A stretch of DNA of 64,000 bases from Candidatus Sericytochromatia bacterium. Lineage in GTDB: Bacteria; Cyanobacteriota; Sericytochromatia; S15B-MN24; UBA4093. Below the pieces are notes generated by a model. That model searched no databases. It was not told the origin of the DNA and saw only the letters and a program-made list of their open reading frames with translations. The number at the start of each line of letters is the position of its first letter. Position 1 is the first letter of the stretch. Positions 40,874 to 50,377 of this stretch are shown one piece after another. Where the stretch lies: positions 1-64,000 of the forward strand of contig JAKFBU010000044.1 of assembly GCA_036676985.1 (NCBI GenBank), written 5' to 3'. The translations under genes and the position numbers were made by a program.

Positions 40874-41644
40874 ATGAACGTCAAGACCGCACGCGTCGAA
40901 GCCTTCTATGCCCTGGCGGCCCGCGACTACGAGGGCGCCCTCAAGGCCTGCCGCCAGGGGCTGTACCAGTCACCGGACAACGTCGAGCTGCACCTCATCA
41001 CGGCGCACTCGCACATGCGCTCGGGCCGCTACGTCGAGGGCCTGCGCGCCATGGAGTCGGCCGCGGCCTACGCCCCGGCGGACTCGAAGCTGCGCTGCCT
41101 GCTCGCCATCGCGCGGGACATGGCGGGGGATCCGCACGGCGCCATCGCGGAGTTCCGGGCGATCGTCGCGGCGGACCCCATGCAGGTGCCCGCGCGCTAC
41201 CACCTGGCGTCGCTCCTGAGCTCGCTCGGGGAGCTGGCGGCGGCCGTCAACGAGTACCAGGAGATCATCCGGCAGGAGCCCGACTGCGTTCAGGCGCACA
41301 ACAACCTGGGCGTCCTGCTCTCGGCTCTGGGGGATCCCGACGGGGCGATCGCGAGCTTCGAGCGGGCGCGGCGCGTGAACCCGGGGGATGCCGTCTCGGC
41401 GGTGAACCTCGCCCGCGAGTGGGCGGTGAAGGGGGATCTCGTGCGGGCCGAGGACGCCATCACCCAGGCGCTGGACGTGTCCGCGGAGTTCGGGGAGGCC
41501 CTGGCGCTGGCGGGGTGGATCTACCTGCACCAGAAACGGTACGCCGAGGCGGAGAACGCCTATCGCGCGGCCATGGCCGCGGGCTTCGACACGGCGGAGA
41601 CGCGCGAGGGCCACCTCAAGGCGGCCCAGGCGCTGGCGCAGTAG
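40874..41644 (+). CDS. TPR repeat protein
   Basis: AHNNLGVLL and other TPR helices; abuts the kinase stop. Confidence 0.9.
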   Translation: MNVKTARVEAFYALAARDYEGALKACRQGLYQSPDNVELHLITAHSHMRSGRYVEGLRAMESAAAYAPADSKLRCLLAIARDMAGDPHGAIAEFRAIVAADPMQVPARYHLASLLSSLGELAAAVNEYQEIIRQEPDCVQAHNNLGVLLSALGDPDGAIASFERARRVNPGDAVSAVNLAREWAVKGDLVRAEDAITQALDVSAEFGEALALAGWIYLHQKRYAEAENAYRAAMAAGFDTAETREGHLKAAQALAQ

Positions 41645-41648
41645 ATAA

Positions 41649-41708
41649 GGAACCGTTCACCTTTCGACCAGGCTCAGGACAGGCTTCGACCGGGCCCAGG
41701 ATGAACGG
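41649..41708. repeat. REP-like palindrome, family A
   Basis: ggaaccgttcacctttcgaccaggctcagg...atgaacgg. Confidence 0.7.
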
Positions 41709-41737
41709 GTGGTCCTAAATTTTCGATCACAACACGC

Positions 41738-41851
41738 ATCGCCACTCCTGTCATTCTCGCGAAAGCGGGAATCCACCGTCGCCGACCAGGGCGGCTTCCG
41801 TACGCCCCGGCTCTGGACCCCCGCTTTCGCGAGGGTGACGGGAGTGGCGAT
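41738..41851. repeat. MITE/REP-like inverted repeat, family B
   Basis: gtcattctcgcgaaagcgggaatcca...tggacccccgctttcgcgagggtgac; second copy at 57833. Confidence 0.75.
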
Positions 41852-41905
41852 TCGACGATTGATCGGCATGCTCCTTTGTGATCTAGGGGTGACGGTAGCG
41901 CCGAA

Positions 41906-43429
41906 CTACACCAGCAGCGTGGTGTACTGATCCCGCAGGACGGCCTTCTGGATCTTGCCCGTGGGGTTGCGGGGCAGCTCGGTGACGAAGGCGACGGACT
42001 TGGGGACCTTGTAACGGGCCACCCGCTCGCGCAGGAAGTCCAGCACCTCGGCTTCCGTCAGCCCGTCCGCCCGGGCCACCACCACCGCGCGACCCACCTC
42101 GCCCCACTTGGCGTCGGGCACGCCGATGACAGCCGCCTCGGCGATCGCCGGATGGCTGTGCAGCACCTTCTCCAGCTCCGCCGGGTAGATGTTCTCGCCG
42201 CCCGAGATGAACATGTCCTTCTTGCGGTCCACGATGGCGTAGTAGCCTTCCTCGTCCCGCCGCACCAGGTCGCCCGTGTGCAGCCAGCCGTCCTGGAGGG
42301 CGGCAGCCGTCGCCTGCGGGTTGCGCCAGTAGCCCTTGAAGACGTGCGGCCCGCGGATGAGGAGCTCGCCGACCTCGCCGGGGGCGACGTCCTTGCCGGA
42401 CTCGTCGACCACGCGGACGTCCAGGTGCATGTTGGGGAAGCCGACGGTGCCGGCCTTGCGGACCGCGTCCTGGGCGTCGAGCGTGAAGCAGTTGGGGCCC
42501 GCCTCCGTGAGGCCGTAGCCCTGCTTGAAGACCACGCCGCGGCGGTCGTAGGCCTCGATGAGGTGGATCGGGCAGGGGGCGCCGCCCGTGATGAAGAAGC
42601 GGACGGAGGAGAGGTCCGAGCCCTCGAACTCCGGCTTCTCGAGCATCATCTGGAACATGGTGGGCACGGCGAAGACGACCGTGCAGCGCTCTTGCTCGAT
42701 CTGGCGCAGGCTCTCGGCCGCGTCGAACTGGCGCATGAGGACCACCGTGCCGCCCCGGTGCAGCAAGGGGGTGGTGAGCACGTTCAGGCCGCCCGTGTGG
42801 AAGAAGGGCGTGTGCGTGAGCGTGACGTCGTCGGTCCGGAGGTCCCAGCCCACCTGGGTGTTGACGGCGTTCCAGGTGATCGTGCCGTGGGTGAGGATGG
42901 CGCCCTTGGGCTGGCCTGTCGTGCCCGAGGTGTAGAGGATGAGCCAGGGGTCGTCGAGCTCGATGTCGGCAGGCGTGGGCACCTCGTCGCCGCCCAGGGC
43001 GACCAGCTCCTCGTAGGCCGTGAGCATGCTGCCTGCTTCCAGGGGCACGACGTATTCCACGGAGAGATCCGGCAAGAGCGAGCGCACGGTCGCGTCGAAC
43101 TCGGGGCCGAAAAAGAGGGCCTTGGGCTCGCAGTTGCCGAGGATGTAGCGGATCTCGGGGGCGGCGAGCCGCCAGTTGATGGGGACCATGATCGCCCCGA
43201 GCTTGCCGACGGCGAACAGGAGCTCCAGCTGCTCGGCCCCGTTGTGGGCGAGGACGGCGACGCGATCGCCCTTCTGGACCCCGAAGCGATGCCTGAGGGC
43301 GTTCGCCAGCCGGTCGGTCCGGCGGTTGAGCTCCTGATAGGTCAGGCGCTTGTCGGCGGCCACGTCCACCACGGCCACCTTCTGGGGGGCATACATCGCC
43401 CAGCGGCTGAGCCAGTCACCGAAGTACAT
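41906..43429 (-). CDS. Acyl-CoA synthetase (AMP-forming)
   Basis: YTSGTTGQPKG, GYGLTE, TGDL, GGENIYP. Confidence 0.93.
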   Translation of the reverse strand: MYFGDWLSRWAMYAPQKVAVVDVAADKRLTYQELNRRTDRLANALRHRFGVQKGDRVAVLAHNGAEQLELLFAVGKLGAIMVPINWRLAAPEIRYILGNCEPKALFFGPEFDATVRSLLPDLSVEYVVPLEAGSMLTAYEELVALGGDEVPTPADIELDDPWLILYTSGTTGQPKGAILTHGTITWNAVNTQVGWDLRTDDVTLTHTPFFHTGGLNVLTTPLLHRGGTVVLMRQFDAAESLRQIEQERCTVVFAVPTMFQMMLEKPEFEGSDLSSVRFFITGGAPCPIHLIEAYDRRGVVFKQGYGLTEAGPNCFTLDAQDAVRKAGTVGFPNMHLDVRVVDESGKDVAPGEVGELLIRGPHVFKGYWRNPQATAAALQDGWLHTGDLVRRDEEGYYAIVDRKKDMFISGGENIYPAELEKVLHSHPAIAEAAVIGVPDAKWGEVGRAVVVARADGLTEAEVLDFLRERVARYKVPKSVAFVTELPRNPTGKIQKAVLRDQYTTLLV

Positions 43430-43469
43430 GGGAACCTCCATTCGAAGCAAGGGGCAGTTGCTGGGAGAC

Positions 43470-43502
43470 ACCGTAACGTCGATCCGTTACAGCGTGGTTA
43501 CA
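43470..43502 (-). promoter_or_regulatory. PHA-island direct-repeat promoter (acyl-CoA synthetase)
   Basis: TGTAAC-cacgc-TGTAAC-N10-TACGGT. Confidence 0.8.
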
Positions 43503-43808
43503 GACCGCTTGGTCGACCCGGGGGCCCTCGTTTCCAGCATTGACGCGCGCTTGATGGAGGAACGACGTATCTTGTCCAGGGTGGCGAGCCGTGTAACGCT
43601 CCCCTGTCGGGGGATCCCTCCGGGCGCTCGAAATAGGGGTCCAACCGCCCGGGGCCGGTGAGGCAGCGCCTGCGTTACAACCGCTCGTCGAGGCGTTGTG
43701 AGATCCCCCTTCCCCACCGCATGATGGCAGGGTGGTCGAGCGCCGGCGAAGCAACGGTTCGCCCGGCGTGGAGACGCTCACGCGCTCTATCGCTCGCAAG
43801 GAGGGACC

Positions 43809-43988
43809 ATGGTTTTCAAGCGTTCGAAGATCAAGAGGGTCGGGATGGTGGGGGTTTGCCAGCCGCCACCCGACGCCCGGAACCCGGCCATCAAGGGCTT
43901 CGAAACGCGGAATCTGCCCACGTTTCAAGACCACCGGCACGAGGCGCGCTCACTCGCTGCCGGTGACCGAGCCGCCCCTACCTCCTGA
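43809..43988 (+). CDS. Possible 59-aa small protein
   Basis: AAGGAGG RBS; MVFKRSKIKRVGMVGVC...; hairpin downstream. Confidence 0.35.
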   Translation: MVFKRSKIKRVGMVGVCQPPPDARNPAIKGFETRNLPTFQDHRHEARSLAAGDRAAPTS

Positions 43989-44069
43989 GGGCGGGTGGTT
44001 GGAAGCCGAGCCTTTCGCTCGGCTTCCGACTGAGGGTATCAGGAGGGGTGACGGGCGCGGAGGCCCGTC

Positions 44070-47000
44070 CTACTGGTCGCGGCTGATCCGATCGAAGAGG
44101 ACCTCGGTCTCGGGCATGGGATCGACGTCCAGCTCGTCACCGAGCGCTTCGACGCAGCGATCGTAAGTCCGGATCGCCATGGCGCGATCGCCCTGCCGAT
44201 AGTAGGCGGTCATGAGGTGCCGGTAGGCCTCTTCGGCCACGCGGTTTCGCTCCAACAGGCGCTGGGCCCAGTGGATGACCTGGGCGTCGTCCTCACGCTT
44301 GGCCAACAGGCGCAAGAGCCTGAGGGAGGCGTCGGTGTAGCGATCGCTCAGCCGCTCGCGCTCCTGCTCGTACCACGCTTCATAGTGCGAAAAGTCCTGC
44401 AGGAACTCGCCCTCGTACAGCTCGAGTCCCGCGCGGTAGCAATCCATGGCCTCGTCCGTGTCGCCGAGGGCCATGGCCGCGTCCAGGCTCCGCTCGAACT
44501 CGGCCACGTCGAGCCACAGGTCCGGTCCCACGATGAGTCCGTAGGAGAGCCCTTCCTTCGCGATGAAGCGCGACGGCTGCCCGCTGGCGCGATCGGGCTC
44601 CAGGGCCTTGTTCAGGGCGTTGAGGGCCACGCGGAAGGTCTGATCGGCGGACTTCGGGTCGAGATCCGGCCACAACAGGTCGATGAGCCGCGACTTGGGC
44701 AGGACCTGCCCGCGGTAGGCCACGAACAGGTGGAAGAGCTGGCGCGCTTTCTCCCGGCCCCAGGCGCGATCGCCCAGCTCCTGGGCGCCCCGCCAGACCC
44801 GGAACTTCCCGAGCGTGCGGATGCGCAGGACCTCATCGCTGGCAGCCTTCGACTCGGCCTCGAGCCCGAGGTCCTGGAGCCAGGGCGAGAGGGCGGCCCG
44901 CGGCACGCCTAGCCGCATGGCGGCCTCCCAGAAATTCCGGGCGTCCGAGGCCTCCGCGAAGCCCAGGAGTGACGGCCGGGTCAGGAGCATGTCGTAGCCA
45001 TGCAGCCGCACCAGCTGGCAGAGGGCGTTCACGCGGCTGACGAGGGCCTTGTGCTCGCCGAGGGCGAGCGCCAGGCGCGCGAGCCAGAAGCGACAGAGGG
45101 CCAGCCCGTAGGTGTCGCTGCAGGTGTCGTACGCGGTCTCGGCCTGCATGAGCCACCGCTCGGCCTTGGGATCGCCGACGGCGGCGTAGAGGGCGCCCAG
45201 GGCGAGGCTCAAGAGCGCGGCGAGCCACGCGTCGCCGCTCACCTTGGCGATGTCGAGGCCTTCCTTGGCGTGGGCCTCGGCGGACGGCAGGTCGCCCTGG
45301 CGACCGGCGACCAGGGCGAGGCCCATCAGGGGCTCGGCCTTGAGGCGCACCACGCCCACCGAGTTCGCGACGGCGAGGGCCTGGTCGTAGGCCTGCCGGG
45401 CCGAGTCGAGCTCGCCCATGACCAGGTGCGCGTGACCGAGCCGGATCTGGGCGACGGCCTCGGTCCACATGGCCCCCTGACGCTTGGCGCGCTCGAGCCC
45501 GAGGGTAGCGAACTCGCGGGCCCGCTCCGGCTCGCCCAGGAGCGCATGCAGGAAGGAGAGTACCAGGGACGCCTCGCGGTGTGCCTTGGTGCTGCCCGGA
45601 TGGTCCTTGGCTGCGACATCCTGGAGCAGGGCCTTGCCCTCGGTCAGCCGGCCCGTGCGCAGGTAGAGGCGCGCCTCGAGCTCCAGGGCGTCCGCGCCCG
45701 CCGAGTGGGCCTCCCGGAAGAGGGCGTCGGCCTCGCGGGCGGCCCCCTGGTTGAGCTTGTTCTCGGCCAGCTTCAGGAGCTGCTCGGCGCGGGCCTCGGG
45801 CGTGTCGACGCTCGCGAGCGCCTCTTGCAGGTAGCGCTCGGCGAAGGCGGGCTGCAGGGTGTCCAGGTACACCTGGGCCATGGCTCCCAGGGCGTCACTG
45901 CGCGTCTCGCCCTGCTCGGCCCGCTCGAGCCAAACGATGGCCTCGTCGTACCGGGACATGAGGCGCAGGGCATGGCCCTGGTGGAGGCACAGCCGGGGCG
46001 TGGCGTCCACGAGCTCGCGGGGTAGGGCCGACACCCAGCGATCGAGGCGCGCGAAGCGGCCCTCCTGCACGAGGCGCGGGGCGATCCGGACCATGGCCTC
46101 GGCCGCCTGGGCGTGGTCGCCGGCCCAGAGCAGGTGATCGACGGCCTCCTCGTCCTCGCCCTGCTCTTGCAGGAGGCGGGCGGCCGCGAGGTGGCTGTCG
46201 ACGAGGGTGCCCGCCTCGCGCAGGCGCTCGAGCAGGAACTCCCGGAAGAGGTGGTGGTGCCGGTAGCTGCCCCCGTCCAGGGGGATGAGGAAGAGGCCGC
46301 GATCGCTCAGCTCCTTGAGCCAGGCGGCGGCGTCGGCCTGCCCCGTGAGGCGCCGGCACAGCACCGGCTCGAGGCGTTGCAGCACGGCCGTCTCGAGCAG
46401 GAAGTCGCGCTCGCCCGCGGAGAGCTGCGAGAGGACCTCGCGGGCGAGGTAGTCGAAGAGGTCCCGCTGGGACTCGCCGGTGTGGCGCGCGGGCAGGCCG
46501 TCGTGCTCCAGTAGCCGCTGAGTGAACAGCTGCAGGGCCATGGCCCAGCCTTCGGTCTCGTGGCGCACGCGCTCCACGTCCGCGGCCTCGAGGGGCTTGC
46601 CGAGGGCCGCGGCGAAGAAGGCCGCGATCTCGTCGGGGGTGAAGGCGAGGGTGCCCTGGTCGAGGACGAGCACGTCCTGCTGCAGGCGCCAGCGGGCGTA
46701 GTCCGGCAGCTCGGGGCGCTCGCGGGTCCCGAGCACCAGGTGCAGGTGCGGGGGGCGATGGTGGATCAGGTGGTTGAGGAGGGCGGCCGCCTCCTGGGAC
46801 GGGTGCAGGAGGTGGAAGTCGTCGATGACGAGCCAGGTCGGCGTCTCGATCCGGTCCAGGAGGGCGTCGGCGAGGGTCTCGACGGCGTTCATGCCGTGCT
46901 TGGCGGCGCCGCCGGGCAGGGAGAGGAGGCTGAGGGCCCGGTCGGCGGAGCCCGGGAAGCGGCGCTGGAAGAGGTGGGCGAGGTGCAGGGCGAAGACCTG

Positions 47001-47240
47001 GGGGTCGGCGTCCCGGTCGGTGAGGCCGTACCAGAGGCAGGGGTGGCTCGCCTGGGCGGCATAGCCCGCGAGCAGCGAGCTCTTGCCGTAGCCGGTACCC
47101 GCGAGGACGACGGTCAGGGGCACGGTGAGGGAGTCCGCGAGCAGGCGCTCGAGCCTGGGACGGCCCAGATGCCCCCGGCGCGGCGGAGGGACCAGGAACT
47201 TCGTGCGCGTGATGAGCTCTTCGCCGTACAAGTGGCTCAC
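44070..47240 (-). CDS. MalT-like STAND NTPase-TPR regulator with C-terminal wHTH and BTAD (SARP-like) domains
   Basis: TKF..P, AGTGYGKS, LVIDDFH, TEGW; IRTLGKF, LWPDL, LELYEGEFL, EEAYRHLM, ELDVDPMPET. Confidence 0.9.
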   Translation of the reverse strand: MSHLYGEELITRTKFLVPPPRRGHLGRPRLERLLADSLTVPLTVVLAGTGYGKSSLLAGYAAQASHPCLWYGLTDRDADPQVFALHLAHLFQRRFPGSADRALSLLSLPGGAAKHGMNAVETLADALLDRIETPTWLVIDDFHLLHPSQEAAALLNHLIHHRPPHLHLVLGTRERPELPDYARWRLQQDVLVLDQGTLAFTPDEIAAFFAAALGKPLEAADVERVRHETEGWAMALQLFTQRLLEHDGLPARHTGESQRDLFDYLAREVLSQLSAGERDFLLETAVLQRLEPVLCRRLTGQADAAAWLKELSDRGLFLIPLDGGSYRHHHLFREFLLERLREAGTLVDSHLAAARLLQEQGEDEEAVDHLLWAGDHAQAAEAMVRIAPRLVQEGRFARLDRWVSALPRELVDATPRLCLHQGHALRLMSRYDEAIVWLERAEQGETRSDALGAMAQVYLDTLQPAFAERYLQEALASVDTPEARAEQLLKLAENKLNQGAAREADALFREAHSAGADALELEARLYLRTGRLTEGKALLQDVAAKDHPGSTKAHREASLVLSFLHALLGEPERAREFATLGLERAKRQGAMWTEAVAQIRLGHAHLVMGELDSARQAYDQALAVANSVGVVRLKAEPLMGLALVAGRQGDLPSAEAHAKEGLDIAKVSGDAWLAALLSLALGALYAAVGDPKAERWLMQAETAYDTCSDTYGLALCRFWLARLALALGEHKALVSRVNALCQLVRLHGYDMLLTRPSLLGFAEASDARNFWEAAMRLGVPRAALSPWLQDLGLEAESKAASDEVLRIRTLGKFRVWRGAQELGDRAWGREKARQLFHLFVAYRGQVLPKSRLIDLLWPDLDPKSADQTFRVALNALNKALEPDRASGQPSRFIAKEGLSYGLIVGPDLWLDVAEFERSLDAAMALGDTDEAMDCYRAGLELYEGEFLQDFSHYEAWYEQERERLSDRYTDASLRLLRLLAKREDDAQVIHWAQRLLERNRVAEEAYRHLMTAYYRQGDRAMAIRTYDRCVEALGDELDVDPMPETEVLFDRISRDQ

Positions 47241-47272
47241 TTCCCTACGTAGAAGGACGTCGTCCGCTGCTT

Positions 47273-47301
47273 ATCATAGCTAAGCGGCGGCTTGTCTACA
47301 A
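47273..47301 (-). promoter_or_regulatory. Sigma70 promoter of the regulator gene
   Basis: TTGTAG-17-TATGAT. Confidence 0.6.
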
Positions 47302-47348
47302 GGAAAGCTGCTGATTTGCCCGGATCTCACGAGTGATCATGCACTTGA

Positions 47349-47493
47349 GGAACCGTTCGCCTTTCGACCAGGCTCAATGTGAACGGGATGGTTGTGGGTC
47401 TCAAGGGATCGCTTCTGAGCTCATGAGAAGGCCACTCAAGCCGCCAACAATAAAACCGTTCGTCTTGAGCCTGGTCGAAAGGCGAACGGCTCC
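47349..47493. repeat. Inverted pair of family A REP elements
   Basis: Forward copy 47349-47386 and reverse copy 47456-47493. Confidence 0.75.
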
Positions 47494-48639
47494 TTATCGA
47501 GCAACCAGCACCGGCCGCTCCAGGCACGTCCGGATGGCATCGGCCGCCACCCCGATGTCCGTGAGGGCCGCCAGGTGCCCGTTGCGTGCGGGCAGCGGGC
47601 AGACCTCGTAGTCGGCTCCCGCCTGCTCGAGCGCCCGCACCAGCGGGTCGTGGTAGCTCGGGCCGTGCACCAGCTCGTCACCCGCCGCCGGGGCCAGGAG
47701 CACTCGGGCCCGGATCCGGGCGATCGCCTCCTCCAGCGACCCATGGTCCGCCGCCAGATCCCAGCTCATGTTCGTGCGCAGCATGGCGAGCCACGCGTTG
47801 GCATCGCAGGTCGAGACCTTGGCGTCGGCCACCCCGTCGAGCCACGTCTCCACCAGCCACGCGCCATTCTTCTCGTGCCGGGGATCCCGGCCCGAGTCGG
47901 CCCAGGCCCGGCCCGGCACCGCGCGCAGGGCGTCGCGCCCCGATCCCAGGATGGCCATCAGCTTGGCGGCGAGCCCCAGGCCCTGGACCGGCGGATGCTC
48001 GGGGTCGTACCGTCCGCCCTGATACGCGGGGTCCAGCATGATCGCGTCCTGCATGGCCCGGTAGAGCCCCATCTCGCGGGCCTGGAACTCCGCGAGGCTC
48101 GCGACGACGATGGCCCGGTCCACCTCGGCCGGGCGCGACACCGCCCATTCGAGCGCCTGCATGCCGCCCAGGCTGGGGCCGGCGACCGCGGCGAGCCGAC
48201 CGACGCCGAGCTGATCGAGCACCATGCGCTGGGCCCGCACCGAGTCGGCGATGCTCAAGGGGGGCAGGTCGGGGCCATAGGGGCGACCGGTCGCGGGGTT
48301 CGGGCTCGCGGGGCCGGTCGTCACACCGTGCGGGGCGTCCGTTCGGATGCAGCCCAGCACGTCCATGCTCACGACATACCAGCGGTCCGTGTCGATGGCC
48401 TTGCCGGGCCCGATGACGGCATCCCACCAGCCGCTCACGTGCTCCTCGGGATGGTACTTGCCCGCCGCGTGCGAGCAGCCGCTGAAGAAGTGGCAGACGA
48501 GCACCACGTTGTCCCGGGCGGCGTTCATGCAGCCGTAGGTCTCGTAGCCGACCGTGACGTCGTGCAACCGGCGCCCGCAGTCGAGCGGGAGGGAGTCGAT
48601 CGTGGCGATCCGTTTGGTGGTGAGAAGCGATGCGGTCAT
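47494..48639 (-). CDS. MetX-like alpha/beta hydrolase (probable esterase)
   Basis: YETYG, NVVLVCH, IGPGKAIDTD, GPSLGG, GHL. Confidence 0.85.
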   Translation of the reverse strand: MTASLLTTKRIATIDSLPLDCGRRLHDVTVGYETYGCMNAARDNVVLVCHFFSGCSHAAGKYHPEEHVSGWWDAVIGPGKAIDTDRWYVVSMDVLGCIRTDAPHGVTTGPASPNPATGRPYGPDLPPLSIADSVRAQRMVLDQLGVGRLAAVAGPSLGGMQALEWAVSRPAEVDRAIVVASLAEFQAREMGLYRAMQDAIMLDPAYQGGRYDPEHPPVQGLGLAAKLMAILGSGRDALRAVPGRAWADSGRDPRHEKNGAWLVETWLDGVADAKVSTCDANAWLAMLRTNMSWDLAADHGSLEEAIARIRARVLLAPAAGDELVHGPSYHDPLVRALEQAGADYEVCPLPARNGHLAALTDIGVAADAIRTCLERPVLVAR

Positions 48640-48667
48640 GGGTTACCCTCTTGAAAGCAGCTCGTTC

Positions 48668-48700
48668 AGGCTACCGCGAGGGCGTTACATGGGCGTTACA
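48668..48700 (-). promoter_or_regulatory. PHA-island direct-repeat promoter (MetX-like gene)
   Basis: TGTAAC-gccca-TGTAAC-N10-TAGCCT. Confidence 0.8.
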
Positions 48701-48755
48701 GGACGACAGCCCGCCCCAGATGGGCGGGCTGTCGAGCTTTTCGGGGGCTGTTGGC

Positions 48756-49826
48756 TTACGAACGAGCCGCGAGCCAGCCGGCGAGCTTGGGGTAGAAGTG
48801 GTCCCGGGCGGAGGCCACGGCGACGATCCCCACGTGGCCCGAAGGGGCCTCGTAGACCTCGCGGTCGGTGCTCGAGACATGGTCCAGGAGGATGGTGGCC
48901 TGGGGCTTCTGGACGATGTGGTCCAGCGTGGCGACGGCGCAGAGGACCGGGCAGGTGATGTTGGAGAGCTTCACGTCGCGATCGCGCAGCCGCAGCTCGC
49001 CCTTGATGAGCCGGTTGTTCTGGTACAGCTCCTTGACCCACTGGCGGTAGGCCTCGCCCGGGAACTGGATGCCGTCGTTGACCCAGTGATCCAAGAGCAC
49101 CCAGGACTTCACGAACTCCTCGTCGGAGAGCTTGTCCCAGAGCTGGACGTAGGTGCCCATGAAGTTCTGCAGCGGCTTGAGGAGCTTGGCGCCGTGCCGG
49201 ATGAACTCGGGGGGCACGTTGCCCAGGCTGTCGACCACCCGGTCCACGTCGAAGTCGTCCGCGTTCATCCAGCGGGTGAAGAGGCCCGCGTCCGCGAAGT
49301 CCACCGGCGTGGTCAGGGCCACCAGGTTCTTGAGCGGAGCCTCGGGGTGGCTGCCCGCGTACATGAGCGCCATGGTGCCGCCCATGCAGTAGCCGAACAG
49401 CGTGAGCTCGTCCTGGCCCGAGACCTTGAGCGTCTTCTTCACGGCCCGGGCGATGTAGTCCATCACCAGGTCGTCGAGACGCAGCTGCTGGTCTTCTTCG
49501 TCAAACTTGCCCCAGTCGAGCAGGAAGACGTCATAGCCCTCGGCGACCAGGTGCTCGATCAGGCTGTTGCCGGGCGTCAGGTCGAGGATGTAGGGCTTGT
49601 TGATGAGGGCGTAGACCATGAGGATGGGCGTCGCGTGCTTGCGCTTGCCGCCCGAAAGATAGCGGTAGAGCTTGGCCTTGCCCTTGGTCCAGACGACCTC
49701 CTTGGGGGACTGCCCGATGAGCGGGGAGGCCGGCTTCGCCCAGTAGGACATGGCGGCTTCCATGCGCTTCCACTGGCGCTCGAGGTCTTCGCGGGTCTGA
49801 TTGAGGCTGGCGTCTTGAGCGGTCAT
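48756..49826 (-). CDS. phaC: PHA synthase catalytic subunit (class III/IV), copy 1
   Basis: YALINKPYILDL, GYCMGG, DHIV, GHVG. Confidence 0.93.
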   Translation of the reverse strand: MTAQDASLNQTREDLERQWKRMEAAMSYWAKPASPLIGQSPKEVVWTKGKAKLYRYLSGGKRKHATPILMVYALINKPYILDLTPGNSLIEHLVAEGYDVFLLDWGKFDEEDQQLRLDDLVMDYIARAVKKTLKVSGQDELTLFGYCMGGTMALMYAGSHPEAPLKNLVALTTPVDFADAGLFTRWMNADDFDVDRVVDSLGNVPPEFIRHGAKLLKPLQNFMGTYVQLWDKLSDEEFVKSWVLLDHWVNDGIQFPGEAYRQWVKELYQNNRLIKGELRLRDRDVKLSNITCPVLCAVATLDHIVQKPQATILLDHVSSTDREVYEAPSGHVGIVAVASARDHFYPKLAGWLAARS

Positions 49827-49838
49827 GGCGTCCTCCCC

Positions 49839-50258
49839 TTACTTGGCCTTGCTGCGTCCGGCCGCGGCCTTGGCCGTGGGAACCTGCTTGGTGGCGGCCA
49901 CCTCGACCGGAGGCGTCAGGAGGGCGTCGAGCTTGGACTCGATGCGGCTGAGCTGCGCCATGAGCGTGTCATGGGCGTCCTCCAGGGCGTCGATCTTGTT
50001 CTCGAGGGCGTTGACCATGCCGGCCACTCGGGCGACGTCGGTCTTGGTGGGGATCCGGAGGCTCTCCCAGTAGCGCTCCATCGTCTCCTTGCTCACCTTG
50101 CGACCCGAAAGGTACTGTTCGCGGGTCTGGGAGAGGGTCTTGGTGAAGCTCTCGGACTCGAGCATCTCCTGGGTGGCCTTGGTCCAGGTGCTCTCGTACT
50201 GGTCGTAGAGGCCCTTCCAGGCCTGGAACAGATCGGCGCCGGGGGTCTGGCTGGTCAT
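49839..50258 (-). CDS. phaR: PHA synthase partner subunit, Bacillus class IV PhaR-like, copy 1
   Basis: AWK..YDQ.E..W; IPTKTDVARVA..V..LENKID. Confidence 0.8.
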   Translation of the reverse strand: MTSQTPGADLFQAWKGLYDQYESTWTKATQEMLESESFTKTLSQTREQYLSGRKVSKETMERYWESLRIPTKTDVARVAGMVNALENKIDALEDAHDTLMAQLSRIESKLDALLTPPVEVAATKQVPTAKAAAGRSKAK

Positions 50259-50295
50259 GGGCGGACGTCCTCCTGTCGAGCGGGTCTTCTGCCCT

Positions 50296-50328
50296 ACCAT
50301 GACAAGCGGGCGTTACAGACCCGTTACG
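50296..50328 (-). promoter_or_regulatory. PHA-island direct-repeat promoter (phaR1-phaC1)
   Basis: CGTAAC-gggtc-TGTAAC-N10-CATGGT. Confidence 0.75.
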
Positions 50329-50377
50329 AGTTCAAGGCGGGCAGAGCCGCCGGCGCTTCCAAGGGGGACGAAGCCGC

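Noticed and set aside
47494-48639. Assigning the symbol metX
   Set aside because: The fold matches, but the gene context and shared PHA promoter motif leave its function uncertain.
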